Source: Eledone cirrhosa (Eukaryota). From it: DNA of 64,000 bases. A program made the position numbers and the translations under genes. This document shows positions 41,746-56,545 of the stretch, one piece after another; position 1 is the stretch's first letter, and each line of letters opens with the position of its first letter. The stretch is from contig OZ024742.1 in the NCBI GenBank assembly GCA_964016885.1, positions 265,112,001-265,176,000 of the forward strand, given 5' to 3'. The notes under the pieces were generated by a model. The model had not been told where the DNA came from and did not search any database. It was given only the letters and a program-made list of their open reading frames with translations.

Positions 41746-42371
41746 AGATAAGCAGAACAAGTAAAATTCAACCAATTTTTCAAAATAAATCAAAATTAAT
41801 ATACAATTAAAATTAATCAAAATTAAAAAATATAATATAAATATTTACCTATTCAAATGGCCCTAACTGTACAGTTTCACTTTGCAAAACATTAGATATC
41901 ACGTAGATATTAATGGAAAAGCAAAGATCATCAGAGAAGCATTTTCCTATCCTAGGGTTAAAAACCCCAGGAACAACAAAATATATGACCTCACTCCAAC
42001 TAATACAGGTCTGAAAGGTCGTGAAAGTGACCCATAAATACGTTGGTGTATAGTGAAGGCGGGAAATCATAGACTAGCCGTCTATGATCGCTACCAAAAA
42101 AGATTTTTAGTAACTAAATAGAACGACAAGATTTTTCTCTACATACTGGAGAATATTGAATAAGGTTAATATATATCTGAGGGTACAATGTACCCCAGGA
42201 AATATATAGTGTGTCTATGATTTAAGGTGGTTCTATGGTAATAATTTGATATACCAGAACTTAATATCAAGATAAGCAGAACAAGTAAAATTCAACCAAT
42301 TTTTCAAAATAAATCAAAATTAATATACAATTAAAATTAATCAAAATTAAAAAATATAATATAAATATTTA
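41740..42371 (-). mobile_element. Non-coding HHR-bearing element, 524-bp unit plus 108-bp terminal direct repeat, inside (TA)n (retrozyme / PLE-pLTR-like)
   Basis: 41740-41847 is identical to 42264-42371. There is one HHR between them and no credible ORF. Confidence 0.8.
41855..41944 (-). ncRNA. Type I hammerhead ribozyme motif, intact core, long stem II
   Basis: Minus strand: aaatg-c-ttct CTGATGA t-ctttgc..cattaatatc-tacgt-gatatctaatg..gcaaag-t GAAA ctgtacag TT aggg-c-cattt. Palindromic ACTGTACAGT stem III. Confidence 0.85.
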
Positions 42372-42590
42372 TATATATATGTATTCGTTACTGCTGCGTT
42401 TGAACACTATTATTTGGATAAAACGATTTTTGCATACGTTTGTTTAGATAAGGAAAGTAGGACGAAAATGAAATTTGTTTCTGCCCTTCAGCTGTTCGTA
42501 GGTTTTGCACTCAGTTCCGGCATATTTTGGTTATCATTGTGCATGCTTTACCTGTACCCAAAATAGAAACTTCTAAAATATAAATAGACC

Positions 42591-42623
<33 letters not shown>

Positions 42624-43224
42624 TGTATGTATGTATGTATGTATGTATGTATGTATGTATGTATGTATGTTTGCGTGGGGACATGGAAATACTCGGTTTG
42701 GTGCCCGAATGTGGTTAGCCCACCGTGAGTAAGACACCCCTAGTTCTTGTTTGGACATCATTCTAGGAAAAGAAAAACTATGTGACTCGATGTCAACCAA
42801 TGATCTTGACTTGTTCTTCTTTTTGGATACTTATCAACGTTGACCATACAACACTGGATGGCATCCCATATGCTTCTGGGGGTATTTGACGTCTACAGGG
42901 GGAAGAGGATGTCTAATGAGCGGAGTCCGAACCGGTTCCAAGTGTCGCAGGCGATCTCAACCGACGAAAGAAACGCCGGCAAAGCCTGCGAGACCGGAGA
43001 CCAAGGCCACCGTTTCTAACGTACGTACGTATGTATGTATGTACGTATGGTCCGGTAACTCCTGATAGTTGTAGGGGCGGGGTATTGACATACGGCGTTT
43101 CTTGGGTACTTTAAGCCTGGCGGAGCCCATCCCTCTAAAGGCATGAGTACAGAAGATTTCTTCCAGAGAAAGATAGAAAGTGAGAGAGAGGAAAGTGAGC
43201 GATGAGAAAGATATATAGAAGAAT

Positions 43225-43362
43225 CGACTGGACCGGTACTTTTTTTATCGACCTCGAAAGGATGAAAAGCAAAGTTGGCCTCGGTGGGGTTTGAACTCAG
43301 AGAGCAAAGAGCCGGAACAAATACCATACGCGACGTTCTAACGCCTCTGCCAATTCGCTGCC
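43225..43362 (-). mobile_element. tRNA-derived SINE
   Basis: GGTACTT..ATCGACC..GGATGAAA..TTTGAACTCAG..CTGCCAATTCGC. Confidence 0.8.
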
Positions 43363-43410
43363 TATTTTTATGCATATATATATATATGTGTGTGTGTGCG
43401 TGTGCGTGTA

Positions 43411-43538
<128 letters not shown>

Positions 43539-43882
43539 CACACAAGAACTCACATACTCTTAAAAACAAATGTATTATTTACATATACCCGATCGCACAC
43601 ACATTCACAGGTACCCACCCTCATATATATATATATATATACGTATTTATGTGTAACGTTGTGATATATCTAAATGGTTAGGTAGGTAGATGTATGGTTA
43701 GACATCTGTGAAAAGTGTCTACTCCATGGATGCTTCTCAGGTGTACAACACTTCAACTGACATAATGATGGATAAATTACAACTGAAGAAGGAGCTGTCT
43801 TGTCCTGTTTATTTCACTAATCTCTCAACCTCGTATCTGCTTCCGCTCACTTCAAAATCTCACTGCCATGTTCAATGGTCTG

Positions 43883-43974
<92 letters not shown>

Positions 43975-44110
43975 AGCACACACCAGCACACATGCACACA
44001 CATATGTATATATATATATATATATATAAACATGCCGATAGTTTTGTCGATGTGCTTATGTAATTGCCTATATAAGTATGTGCGTGAATAAATATCTATG
44101 AACGTGGATA

Positions 44111-44165
<55 letters not shown>

Positions 44166-44989
44166 GTGTGTGTTTGTGTGTACGTGTGTTTCGTTGTTTT
44201 CTTCCGAATACAATACTAATGGTGAAGTAGAAACGAAAGAAGATGGCAAAAATTAATTGCGGTTTGTTGGTGGGGATGTTATTTTCATCGCCTTAGCTCC
44301 AGAGTTCAAAACTAACTTATGAAAAGTGTAACAGAAATGTTGGTGTTTAAGTTCAATTGACATTTCATTTATTGCTGTGAAGGAAGGGAAGTTGCTTTCC
44401 AACGCAGGGACTTCGAGACTGGAAGACAGAGTGGGCTCCTCTAAAAACATCCAAGGACGATGTGGTGGTGTTAAAGCGGGCAAGGTATTAAATATATTAC
44501 CCAAATAGACCACAGTGGAATTTAAACGTAGAGCAAAAAAGATCTGGAACAAATACAGTAAAGCATTCTCAACCGGCTCTCTAACATTTCTGCCATCCCT
44601 CGTAGTGGACTGGTACTATAGTTTATCGACCAAGATAAGATGAAAGGCGAATTTGATTTCGCCCGTATTTTAACTCAGAGTGCAGATGTCCAGAACAAAT
44701 ACCAAAAGGAATCTAATTCCGTCCATTATGACTGGTATTATACCACTTTATTTGTCATTTGATGTTATCTATATCTAAATTAGGAATGGGTATATATTTA
44801 ATTTTACAGTATATAATAATTTCTGTTTTCCGGTCATATCCCTTTGTTTTCATAGTTCGGCTTCTACTGTGGATAGCTTGTTATATACCCAATTTAATAA
44901 TATATGTACCATATCTGTATATAGGAAAAGGTTAGGTAAATATTAGAGTCCTCTTCAAAGAACAACGTTTCAGGTGTCAATGGAATCAC

Positions 44990-46110
44990 AAAAGAAGGCA
45001 TCACCGCATGCGGAGTAACTGGCATCAAGAGGTACACCACATTATTTCAAGAATGACTTAAGTATTTCGAGAGGCATCTTCCTAATCGGTCACACTGCCA
45101 AGATCTCCAAGATCCCGGAGCAGCACTCAAGAGCTATAGTGAAAATACTGGCGAGTGAATCCCAGTTAGGCTTCAGAAAGGCACGAATGCTGTCTTCGCT
45201 TTCCAACATAAACCTCTCAATCTTGTCTTCGTAGTTCACGAAGAAACATTTGACAGAGTCGTCAAAAACAAACCCTGTGTGTTACTGGAACTATATGGTA
45301 TGAATGGGCAACTCCTCCACAACATGAGTACAATCTACATCAGCAATCTGAACTCCCAATGAACTCTATAGCTATTTTCAAATGTTAACTGGGATTAGAC
45401 AATAATGTATGTTGTTACCGTCGCTGTTCATCGTGTGCAAGGAGAAAATGATCAAAGAAACCTACTTAGACTCAGATACACTAAACGAATTATTATTCGC
45501 TGACGAATAAAATATCAACAAGGAACAGCTACAAGAACATACTGATATCCTGAACAACATATGTGAACACTATGGATTGAATATCAGTACAAGGAAGACA
45601 GTAATCATATCAGTAGTGCATACGGGCAGCTGCTGAGCAAACTACAGAGTTTACATTCTCGGGGAAAAACGTTTCCAAAGATGGAAAACTGGACGAAAAA
45701 TTAGAGACTAGTGTTCAAAAAGTAAACTGAATTTGGTATTAAAGAAAAAAACATACCTATAGATGTCAAAGCCAGACTGATCAACATAATATTCGTTTCC
45801 CCTCTCATATACTTACGCTAGACATGGTCTCTGAACAAATCCCTGGAGTAAAATCTCACTATCTGTGAGATAAAATATCTCTCACGAGCAGAGGAAAAAT
45901 CCAGAAGGGAGCAGATCAGAAACGAATATAGCAAATGGCCCCGGTTCATAGTTCAACAACTCGTAAAAAGGTTTGATTAACTGATAACAGAACCCATTGG
46001 TAAGAAAGCCCTGCGGGTCTATAAAACCAAAGGATTGGGAGTCAGTGGTAGAGGAAGACAACGCCGGGGTGGATTGATGGAGTCGCACAGACACTCCACA
46101 TCCTCAGTAT
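44990..46110 (+). pseudogene. Heavily decayed RTE-like RT
   Basis: ESQLGFRKG, TFDRV, GIRQ*CMLLPSLF, LLFADE, YGLNISTRKT. Confidence 0.75.
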
Positions 46111-46207
46111 AACACTATTATAGACTTTCCTGCAAATCGCCAAATTTATCTTTTCTGAGCAGATTTACGATAAAGGCGCACGTACCAAATTACATACACA
46201 CTCGCGG

Positions 46208-46311
<104 letters not shown>

Positions 46312-46422
46312 ACACACACAAACGCTCCAACACAAACGATCCAAAACAAACACACACAGACACAAACGCACACACATATTACCGAATTACAAAACGAAAT
46401 TTTTTAGCTTTTATATTGGTAA

Positions 46423-46605
46423 TAATTGTTTCTACTTTTGGCACAAGGCCATAAATCACCCAGTACATTACTGGTACTTTATTTTATCGACCCCGTAAGG
46501 ATGAAAGGCAAAGTTAACCTCGACTGGATTTGAACTCAGACCGTAAAGGGACGTAACTATGCTAGAAAGCATGGCGTCCAAACCTCTACTGATACTGCCA
46601 ATTCA
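46423..46605 (-). mobile_element. tRNA-derived SINE
   Basis: Close match to 59545-59731. Confidence 0.88.
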
Positions 46606-46990
46606 CATAATTGATGTTATTCAAGGGTAAGCGAAAGTTCATAAAAGAATCGAAACCTTAATATAAACTATGGCATCCGGACTGTAATCTGTATACATCA
46701 TCGCAAGGCATATGTACATATATAGTGTAGAGGTAATATATGCAGGTATTTAGTCATGTGTGTAAATATTACAATGAATGTATGATGATAGCTAAATATT
46801 CATAACGGTATGTAAGTATTTGAGTAGCTGGCTGTGAAGGTTGGAGACAGCTAAGTGGGTAGGAATGCGTATCATTTATAAGAATGCACATACATGTGTG
46901 TGTGGTGATATATATATATATATATATATACATCACGCAAAAATGCATACACACATATATATATAAATAAATATATACATAGCCATACAT

Positions 46991-47032
<42 letters not shown>

Positions 47033-47034
47033 AA

Positions 47035-47080
<46 letters not shown>

Positions 47081-47429
47081 TTACACACATACATATACTC
47101 ACAGAAAAATAAATAGTGAAATAAAGATATGTAGACAGATAGGTATGAGTATATAGAGTTATATGAATATGCATATGAGACATTGCTTAAGTAGGGCGTT
47201 GTGATTGATGTTATGAGGTAAATATTTGTCATAGAACAGGGGTTCGATTTCACTCTCCATTTGTAGGCATACCTTACTTCTATCACATCATTAATGTATT
47301 TAGGAAACACTCTTGTCTCAGCCCTATAACATACCTCAGATCTCGAACTAATTTTAAGAAAACATAATTTAGTGTTTTATTCAACAAATTTCAATTTAAG
47401 TACACAGAAAAAAGTATCAAAAAATACAA

Positions 47430-47800
47430 ATGAATTGTAGGAAGGGGAGGAATCGGCATTCCACGTGTGCCTCTCGGAGAAAATGGCGAAAACAGAGAAC
47501 AGCCAGCGATATTCCCTGCATTAGCCACTCTACCTCACAGAGATTCTTTCTCAGGCAGGATGCCCTCCTCCCAGTTTTACGAAGAAAAATGGCAGTTCAG
47601 AGACACAGGACGGCAGAGGTTTCGATGGCAACGGGCAGGGATAGGAAAGGGTCGATCAAGTCTCGGTATTTGGTTATTTTCCGCTCCTCTAACTTACAAT
47701 GCTCGGGTTTGTGAATAATTACATATGTGATAATTTCTCAGTGGAATTCCCTTTCTGCCTGAAACTATTTCGTAATACTTGCGTGGATCCATCATGGCTG
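47430..47800 (-). pseudogene. Diverged CRE-type RLE C-terminal fragment (not in the ORF track)
   Basis: Minus translation KITKYRDLIDPFLSLPVAIETSAVL..EVEWLMQGISLAVL aligns with KLLKYRSLSDRFAVVPLAVETSGVL..ELEWLFQRVSLDVL. Confidence 0.8.
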
Positions 47801-48413
47801 AATGGTTAAGAGCTTTTGTTCTCAATCATTAGATCCTGCGTTCGATCTTCGGCAAATGTTATTTATTATAGCCATGGACCAATCAATGCGTTTTAATGGA
47901 CATTTAAGGAGAAGGACACTGTTTTGGAAGCCAAGCAAATGTAATGTACCTATAATTCAAAGAGTCAAACTTGTCAAATACCATGTACCGCTGCATCTTC
48001 CTAAAAATTACACTGTGGGTACACTCATATGCGGAATGGTGATTCATTTACATGTTAATTTCAACAAAAGCCATGAAGTTCTTAACCTTTCATCTGTTAT
48101 ATCAGAACTCTATAAGAAAAATAATTATAAAAAAACATCTAATAAGCTTCTGTGAGCAGGTTTTCGATTACTATTAATTTATAGAGGGATAAACGTTTCA
48201 ATTCGCCATTTGACGCCAGAACTTAATGTGTCAGACAAATACCACAAGGTATTTCATCAAACCTTCTCTTTTGACTGGTACTTTAGTTTATTGACCTCCG
48301 AAAGGATAAAAGGTAAAGTTGACCTCTGTGGGATTGAACTCAGAGTGAAGAGAGAAGGAACAAATACAACAAAACTTTCTATCTGACGTACTAACGCTTG
48401 CCATTTATCTGCT

Positions 48414-48670
48414 TTAATCCTATCACTGCCATATTGCTAATGAAAGTCACTGCCAACAATTTTAAAATGATTTTCAAAATAATTATGAATTTGAGGGGAT
48501 TTAGGAATACAATTAAAAGTTTCATCATTTATCTGGTGTTTGGAACATGCCTTAGCACTTAACATAGATTCTTATGTAAAATTATGATTGAAGGGTTTTA
48601 GATACATATAAAAAACAAATTTGTGTCATAAAACTAGCGGCCGTTTCGGGTGATTTATCGAAAGGGTTAA
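48414..48670. mobile_element. piggyBac-type MITE, diverged
   Basis: TTAA-TCCTATC ... CGAAAGGG-TTAA ends. Confidence 0.45.
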
Positions 48671-48814
48671 TGTGCTTTAATATGCATGTGTGGTGTTGTA
48701 GGGGTACCGTATTAACATATAGCGGGATATTTATCTAAGTCTGAACACTGATTTCTTCCAGAGCATGAGAGAGAGAGAGAGAGAGAGAGAATGAGGGATA
48801 GAAGAGGAATCACT

Positions 48815-48965
48815 ACCAGTACTGGACTGGTACTTATCTTATCGACCTGGAAAGGAGGAAAAGCAAAGATGACCTCTGAGGGTTTAGAACTCAGAGCACA
48901 GACAGCCGGAACGAACACTGCAAAGCATTATATTCGATGTTCTAACAAATCTGCCAATCCGCCGT
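48815..48965 (-). mobile_element. tRNA-derived SINE (others at ~44560-44730, 48270-48410, 50370-50600, 51660-51775)
   Basis: GACTGGTACTT..ATCGACC..GAACTCAG..CTGCCAATCCGCC. Confidence 0.75.
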
Positions 48966-49619
48966 CTGTATTTTAAAATACAGACAATAATAAGCAATAC
49001 GTGCAGAGTAAGCGTGACTGTTATGCTATGACTTAATCTACCTTCGTTGCTTCCACCTGAGGGCAGAACCATGGTACTTATAGAAAGGTAAATCTCTTGG
49101 ACTGACTACCTAAGGGTTATAAGGGTACTCGGATCTGGGGATGAAAAATATTGCCAACCAATAACAACAACGACTACATGAACTACAACAGTAGTTCCCT
49201 ACCTTTTCTTTTTCACTACCAATAACCCATCCTGTTTATTTCAATAAATTATTCCATCACCCCTTAGGATTTTGAAAGGTCTGTCTACTCCCGAATCATA
49301 GATTAGGAGGCCCAATCAACAAAAACAGCGGGAAAAAGAAGAAAAAACCCTCAAAAACCAAGAACGACGATAATATAAGCTAGTAGAAAATTCCAAAACA
49401 TAATTATAGTGATCATGCTTTTGACATCTTCAACATCGATCTGCTAGAAATAACAACAAAATCTCGCTGAAATCCCACCATATTATAATAGGATAGCTAC
49501 AGGAGCTAATTTATCCTTATATATAAAAGCTGAATGGTTATGGCTGAAATGGCAGGCATCATAGGTCTATTGGATGAGAGTTGAGCAACAACTACTTGGA
49601 TATCATGGAAGAAATTTTG

Positions 49620-49978
49620 ATAATTATTATCGTTATTATTCTTCATTATCCTCATATTTATGTCACCCCTACTCCTCCTTCTCCTCCTCCTCCTCCTAAT
49701 CATCATCATCAACATTATCATCAGTATCATCATCACCACCATCATCATCAGCATCATCCCATCAGTCATCATCATCTTCATCGCCACTATCATTGTCTAC
49801 AAAACAACAACGATATAGTTTTTTTGTCTCTAGTAAAAACACTACCAACAACATCAATAATAATATTAATAGTAGTAGTAGTAGTAGTTGTTGTTGTTGT
49901 TGTAGGAGCAGCAGCAGCAGTAGTAGTAGTAGTAGTAGTAACAGCAGCAGCAGTAGTAGTAGTAGTAGTAGTAGTAGG

Positions 49979-50013
<35 letters not shown>

Positions 50014-50050
50014 TAGTAGCAGCAGCACCAGCAGCAATAATAATAATATG
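49620..50050. repeat. Compound trinucleotide repeats (CCT/CAT/AGT/AGC)
   Basis: Directly visible. Confidence 0.95.
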
Positions 50051-52284
50051 CTACTCCCAGAAGTAAATGTTAAAGCTATTTTCCGTCTCGTTTGCCGACA
50101 AATACTGGTTCACACTTTGCGCTCCTCCAAGCCAAACAGATGGATTATTCGTTATAGATAGATCAGCCAATAATAAAATTTCTATTCTTAAACATGCAAA
50201 ACATTCTTGGTATCTTAATTACACAGACTGACTTAATTTCCTGGTATCACAATAGTGCAAACTGAAAATGGCTGACTAGATAAGGAGGTGTATTGCAATC
50301 CGAACGGTCAACAGTTCAGATCCTGTCACTGGAAATGATCTAACTGTGGTTTAAATTTCGATGAATAGGCAATTTTTGTTAGAGCGTCGGATAAAATGCC
50401 TCGCGGTATTTATTTCGGTTCTTTTCGCTCTAACATTAAATAACCGTCATGGTCGACTTTGCTTGTCACCCTTTCGTAACAAAGTAATAAAGTTCTAATT
50501 AAGGGTGGTGGATTGGCAGAATTGCTACAGCACCGGACGAAATGTTTGTGATATTTGTTACCTCTCTTGACGTTATGTGTTCAAATCCCGAAAAAGATAT
50601 ACTTCACCTGCCAATCGGTTTAACAACATCATCTCGTAATTGGGTGTCTTTGGCAGAGTCCATTCTGTCACAACGGATTCGTCACCAAACTTTGATGCTC
50701 GTAATAAAAAAACTTTGATTACTGAACATTTTGGGTTGACACTCTAATTTGCAATAATCCTAAGCACATCACCGCTAATTGGAGGATATACCATTAAAAA
50801 ACTGTTATCCAGAGCAACCCCCTCCCCCCCTCCATGGGGACGGGCCTGTGTTGCTGGAATTCGGGGCGGGACAATTTGAGGATACCTCTTATCAGTCTCG
50901 AGGGCCCAGAAAAGAGATCTCACCCCTGTAAAGAGTAGCAACTCGGTAAATTTGATGAGGGATTTGTTTACTGTCCACCGTGCTTAAGTTAAACTACCTG
51001 TGCCTGGCCTCGACTGACCTGATATGGATTGGCTCTGTTGATCTACTCTGCCGTAGATACACTGAACATGATTACTACAACTCGTATAATGATTAAAAAA
51101 ACATTTTACCGGCAGTAATGTGCGGCTTGTACTTAAAGAAGATTTGATCTTCTCGTGATGATTTCAACCTCTGTTATCATCTAAACACACGAGGTTATGC
51201 ACCCCCCACCCCCATTCACATATATATATATATAAATCAAAATGTAGGAAGCGCAAACGTAGAAAATAATTGTAAAAACAGTATAAATATTACCTTGGGA
51301 AATCGAGTAAATTACTCCTAGATGCGGTAAAAAGTGACCAACAACTGGCTGTATAGAATGGAACTTCGTACCTCTCGAAATTAGAGTTCAACACTCCTTA
51401 GCACCTGCTGGTATCTTATTTGCATTTTTAAACCTATTATTAACATCAATCAACTGTTGCTACAGCTATTTTCTGTGTTTGGGACCCCTCCATTTTCAAA
51501 CATTTGAAATCGCTCAGTGCCTTGATAATTTATAAAGGTATGTAGTTCACCTATCTAAACATTTCCCCCGTACACCAACTGTTTTGTTGTTAAAATAGCG
51601 GTGGTTATGATGATGAGAATGATGAAAATGGTGACGATGACGATAATGAAAATAAAGATGTCTACTCTAGGCACAAGAACAGCAAATTGGTGGGAGGGGA
51701 AAGTCGATTAAATCGACCCCAGTGAATTACTGGGGCTTTATTTTATCGACCCCGTAAGAATGAATGGTAAGGCTTTACACGAACAATATCACATTTTCAT
51801 CCATGTTTTCTTGGTGTAAGTACTTTGCGGTTAATAAAGAAATATTCAATTTTCCCTATGTCTATTGGGACAAGATTGAAAGGGTCGAAGACAGACACAT
51901 TGCACTTCGGTCAATTTCTCATCAAACTTTTCAACGTTCAGTTAGAGAGGATGCCGAGGGAGGAGATAGAGGCGCACTCCTCCAATAAATTTACTAAAAG
52001 GTAGATGATATTAGTGAAAATGGTGAGAATAAATGGGACTACACACAGCATGTGCCTGTAGGTCAAACAACGACAGTTGGGAGAGGGAACCCGGCCTTGA
52101 TGGGCAAGGTGATTGTGGATTCGTGGGGTCCCTCAGTTAGTCTAAAATATTCAGTTCTCATTAACAGAATTTCTGAATCCCCTATATAATTGTATACTGT
52201 GTACACGTAATTTGTATACTCTATTACTATTTTATGTCACTTCTATGTAAACTCCAAGATTGATATTGTAACTAGTATCTTTAA

Positions 52285-55200
52285 TGTCCCCACACACACG
52301 ATACAATGTGGCAAACAAGAGAATTCATTATACCAATAGAGCAAAGCAAATACACAAAATTAAAAAATAAATTCCCCAACGCAACTGGAGAACCCCGTGA
52401 TACAATATCAAGAAAAATATGCTCATACATTATTGTAAAAGAACTCACGACTGGCCAGAAGGATGGATCAATCACCCATCCTCCAAAGGATTCGAGGTAA
52501 GTGGTCTTTCCCACTCTTTCCCACACATAAATTAACATGGCCTTACTCAGCATAGGCAGCATAAATTCACGTGGCCTAGAGTCATCATAGACGAATAGTA
52601 ACCTGTTCAATGACCTCCTGTCAATGAACATAGATCTGGTGGCCATCAGTGAGACCAGAATTTCCGAGGCATTAGCCTTCGCATCCATTTTCGACGGCTA
52701 AGAGGTGTATGCATCTTCAAGCCGTATGTGATCGGGGGGTGGAATCGCTGTGTTGTTTCGGAAAGGCCTGGATCTTGCGATACGGACCATCTTCCTGGAC
52801 CCAGAAGGTAAGTTGGTGGTGCTGGACGTGACCAGTAGCGAAAGCTATGCTTTCAGGCTAGTGGCTCTATATAGCCTGACAGGGGCTGGATGGTTTGATT
52901 TCTTCAGGCTCCTGGAGATCTTTCTAGGAACGTCTCGCTCTTTAGTGTTAGTCGGAGACTGGAACGATCTTAGATGCACGCTGGGACTGTGTGGATTAGC
53001 CGATAGAGGAAAAGTGTGCAGAAGCCTCGCAAACCTACTCAGACATTTCCAATTGTCTGACAGGTATCGATTGGCTGGCAGGTACCTGAATATGCCAATG
53101 TGGACATTGAGAAACCGCATCAGGACATCCGGATTATATCTAGATAGGGTATTTTGTAGGGTAGCAGATAAGGCTAACATAAGCTATACCCATTTAAAAA
53201 TAGTGGACTATAGAGAGCACAAATTTGTGATCTGTACAGTCGATTTAGATAGGCTTCATAGACAGGATCCCGGTTACTGGAAGCTGAACGTGGCCTTTCC
53301 AGCGCGCAAGGCTTACAGAGACCGGATTAATGAGTTGGTTAAGCGGGCGTTGACGGCAGCAATTGTCAAAAACAAATGGTGGTTTGCACTGAAAGGGGGG
53401 AATTAGAATAGAATAAATAAGGTTTAGCAAAGGAGTAGTAATTAAAAAACTAAATTAGAGGATGAGCTAGTTAGAAAGTTAGAATAAACTTTTATGAAAG
53501 GGAAAGCAACCGACATGCTAACGGCAAAATTGTCCCCCGATAAATGCTTCAACGTGAAGAACGAAGGCTACGTTGTTAGAAAAAGGGGGTCTGCTCTTAC
53601 ACAAAAGGGGGACGAAAGCCGTTTGATGCGTCCGTGTGGCGGAGGCGTGATGCTCGAAACAAAACCACAATCCAATCTTTGGCAGTCTATGTCGGGAACA
53701 TGTTGCTCGATCACGAGCGGGTATATGCGGTATTTCAGCGGTACATCACTCAACACTTAGGGGGCAGTGGAGGGCCGGATTGTGAGATGGACTTTAGTGC
53801 CTGACTCGACGGCCTACCGCGGCTCTCGGCCATTGAGGCAGAGTGTTGTGAAAGGCCGATAACAGCCGTTGAAATTAAAGATGCGATGACTGAATGCACG
53901 AGGGGAAAATCACCTTGATTGGATGGTCTGCCTTACGACTTTACGTTTACATCTCAGGCTTGTTTGGCGACCTCTTAACAGACGTCTACTGCAGCTGACA
54001 GCAGAAAGGGAAAATTCCCAGTTCTGTAAGCCGTGGAGCTGTGGGGCTTCTGAGAAAAGACCCCCAAAAGGGGGAAAATATTCATAATTTTAGGACCATA
54101 TCTGCTAAATTCAGAGTTTAAGATTTTGGCTAAGGTGTTAGCGACGGAGTTGGTGCTTGTCATCAATTGTCTAGTAGTGGAGGCGTAGATAAGTGCCATC
54201 ATAAGCAAAACCAACCACGACAACCTCCACCTTATGCAATACATCATAGAGACGGTGGCTAAGGAACCCTGACCAGGTGTGACCCTGATCAATCGAAAGC
54301 TTTCGATAGGGTCGACCATCGATACCTGGTAGCTGTCCTCAAGGTAGCCGATTTCAGGCCCGTTTTCAGGGCCTGCAGCGCAGCAATGCACAGTGACATC
54401 TGCTCTATGGCTGGAGTGTATGGTTATCTTTCGGAACCATTCAACATCATGCGTTCGGCCTACCGAGATGTTCCATTTCGTCTTTCTTGTATGTATTTAA
54501 TCTTCAGCCATTATTACACAAATTGGAGGCTTTAAGGAGCGTTCCACATGAACTAGTATGTGGGAGATCCGTGTCAGCATATGCCTACGACGCCACCGTA
54601 GTGCTGTCGAACAACAAATACATTAAGATCATCGGCACCAATCTCAAGAAGTAATAGGCGGTAACAAGAGTAGAATTTAACCAGGAAAAGTCCCTGGACC
54701 TACGACTCGGCACCTGGAGAGGCAAGTCCATGTCGTCCAACAGCCTCGTGGGGTGCTGGACGGACGGACCGGTTAAATTGCTAGGGGAAGTAGTTTGGTC
54801 CAAACCTCCAAATGGACAAAATTTTGGATGAGGTGACAAGTAGGGTGGCCTCTCTCACCCAGAATTGGGCTGAAAGAAAGCTATTTCTGAATGATCGGGC
54901 AGAGGTGACGAACGCGTGCATTGCATCCGTCATGTACTTCCGCCTGGCCGTCGTAACGTGTTCCGGTGCACGTCTGACTATACTGGAGCGCCTACCCTTT
55001 CGCTTCTTGTGGAAGGGACAGGTTCGACTGGTCAGGCGGTCCATTTTCTGTCAACACCCACTGTGTGGAGGGCTTGGCATACCGTGGCTAATGATCCGCA
55101 AACATTCACTAAGGCTACGACATCTCCAGCTCTTCCTTAACGGTGAACATGTGTGATCACCGTTCGCGAGACATGTTTTCCCAGCTCATCTCCTTGGCGG

Positions 55201-56400
55201 AGCTGAAGTCCTAGGTCAAGCGAAGACCGAGAGGAAGCACTTGGAGAATAGAATATCTGAAAGCACCCACACCCGTCAGCTAATCGGACAGTATGATCGG
55301 TGGAAACGGGGAGATTTTGGGCATCGGTGAAAATCAACTAGCTAATCTTTTCCGGAGAACTTTCGGACCACCGCCCATGGACAACTTTTAGAAATCCCTG
55401 CCAATTCAAGATAAACTCTACAGCACAGAAGTGCCGCCAGCCTCACCTGTCCGAGATGCACGCTGGGTGACGAAACCGTTTAACATGCACTCGTTCAATG
55501 TCCCAGCATTGCAGACTTATGGTTATATGTCGATGGTTTGACCTATGCGTTGTACGTAGATATTCCAGCATGCGTTCATCTCGGTCCGTTTTCATCTGTC
55601 TCGTGGTCTTAGCAGAAGAGGTTGTGTGGTGGACCAGGTTGAAAGGAAGGAAAAAAAGACACTTTTCTCTTCGGCCAATCCCTCGTGAACCTTTTTAAGT
55701 TTCATTTGAAAAGGAAGGTGAGGGTGTACATTTGCTAAAAGGTGGGTGAATGTGGCGAGAATAACCCGTGTGAATAGGCCTAATCTGAGCATGCGCTTAC
55801 AGGCGGATGCTCAGAGTAGCCAAAGCGTGGAAACGGGACCCAAAAGGGCTATATCGGCATATGCGGGCGACAGCACCGTGATGGTATCGCAAACCTCGGT
55901 GGTCTACCCCTTATTAAAAGAATGTGAAAGGTTGGCAGGGGGAATACTTAAAACAGAAAAGTCAGTGGGTTTGTAGTTCGGCACCTGGAGGGACAAATCC
56001 ATGCCGATCAACAGCGTCGTCTGATGGTGGACGGATCAGTGAAGTTGCTCGTGGTCTGTTTTAGACCAGACCTCCAGGTGGATAAGATCTGGGACGAGGT
56101 AACGAGCATGGTGGCTACTTTCGCCTAGAAATGGGCCGAGAGGAGACTAGGTGTGCAGTGCGGTCAGTGGAAATTTCACTCTAGATTTCTACAGGCGCTG
56201 CCAATTCGAGATAAACACTACAGGCACGGAATTGCAGTCAGACGAACAAGCCTGAGATGCGGGTAGTACGACGAAATCATTGTGCCTCCTGAGAAGTACT
56301 GACCCCCAGTACATTTGCTAAAAGGTAGGTGAATGTGGAGAGAATGGCTCGTGTAAATAGGCCTACTCTGAGCATGCGCCTGTAGACTTGTTCATTTGAA
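52285..56400 (+). mobile_element. Older decayed Tx1-clade LINE (ORF1 C-terminus plus ORF2) followed by a duplicated, deleted 3' segment
   Basis: MALLSIGSINSRGL at 52537, LVGDWN, YLDR, GYWKLN, KAFDRVDH and GGLG. 55850-56150 repeats the post-YADD region and 56200-56385 repeats the ORF2 end. Confidence 0.9.
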
Positions 56401-56477
56401 GAGGAGAGGGCTTGTAGTTGTTGTTTTGGCACACGGCTACAGATTTTGAAAAGGGGTACGTATTTTATCACAGTCAT

Positions 56478-56478
56478 G

Positions 56479-56545
<67 letters not shown>

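Noticed and set aside
44380-44490. Possible short exon bounded by AG..GT
   Set aside because: Weak acceptor, no recognisable peptide and no partner exons.
47430-47718. Plus-strand ORFs looking like a host exon
   Set aside because: The minus strand explains them as a CRE-type endonuclease relic.
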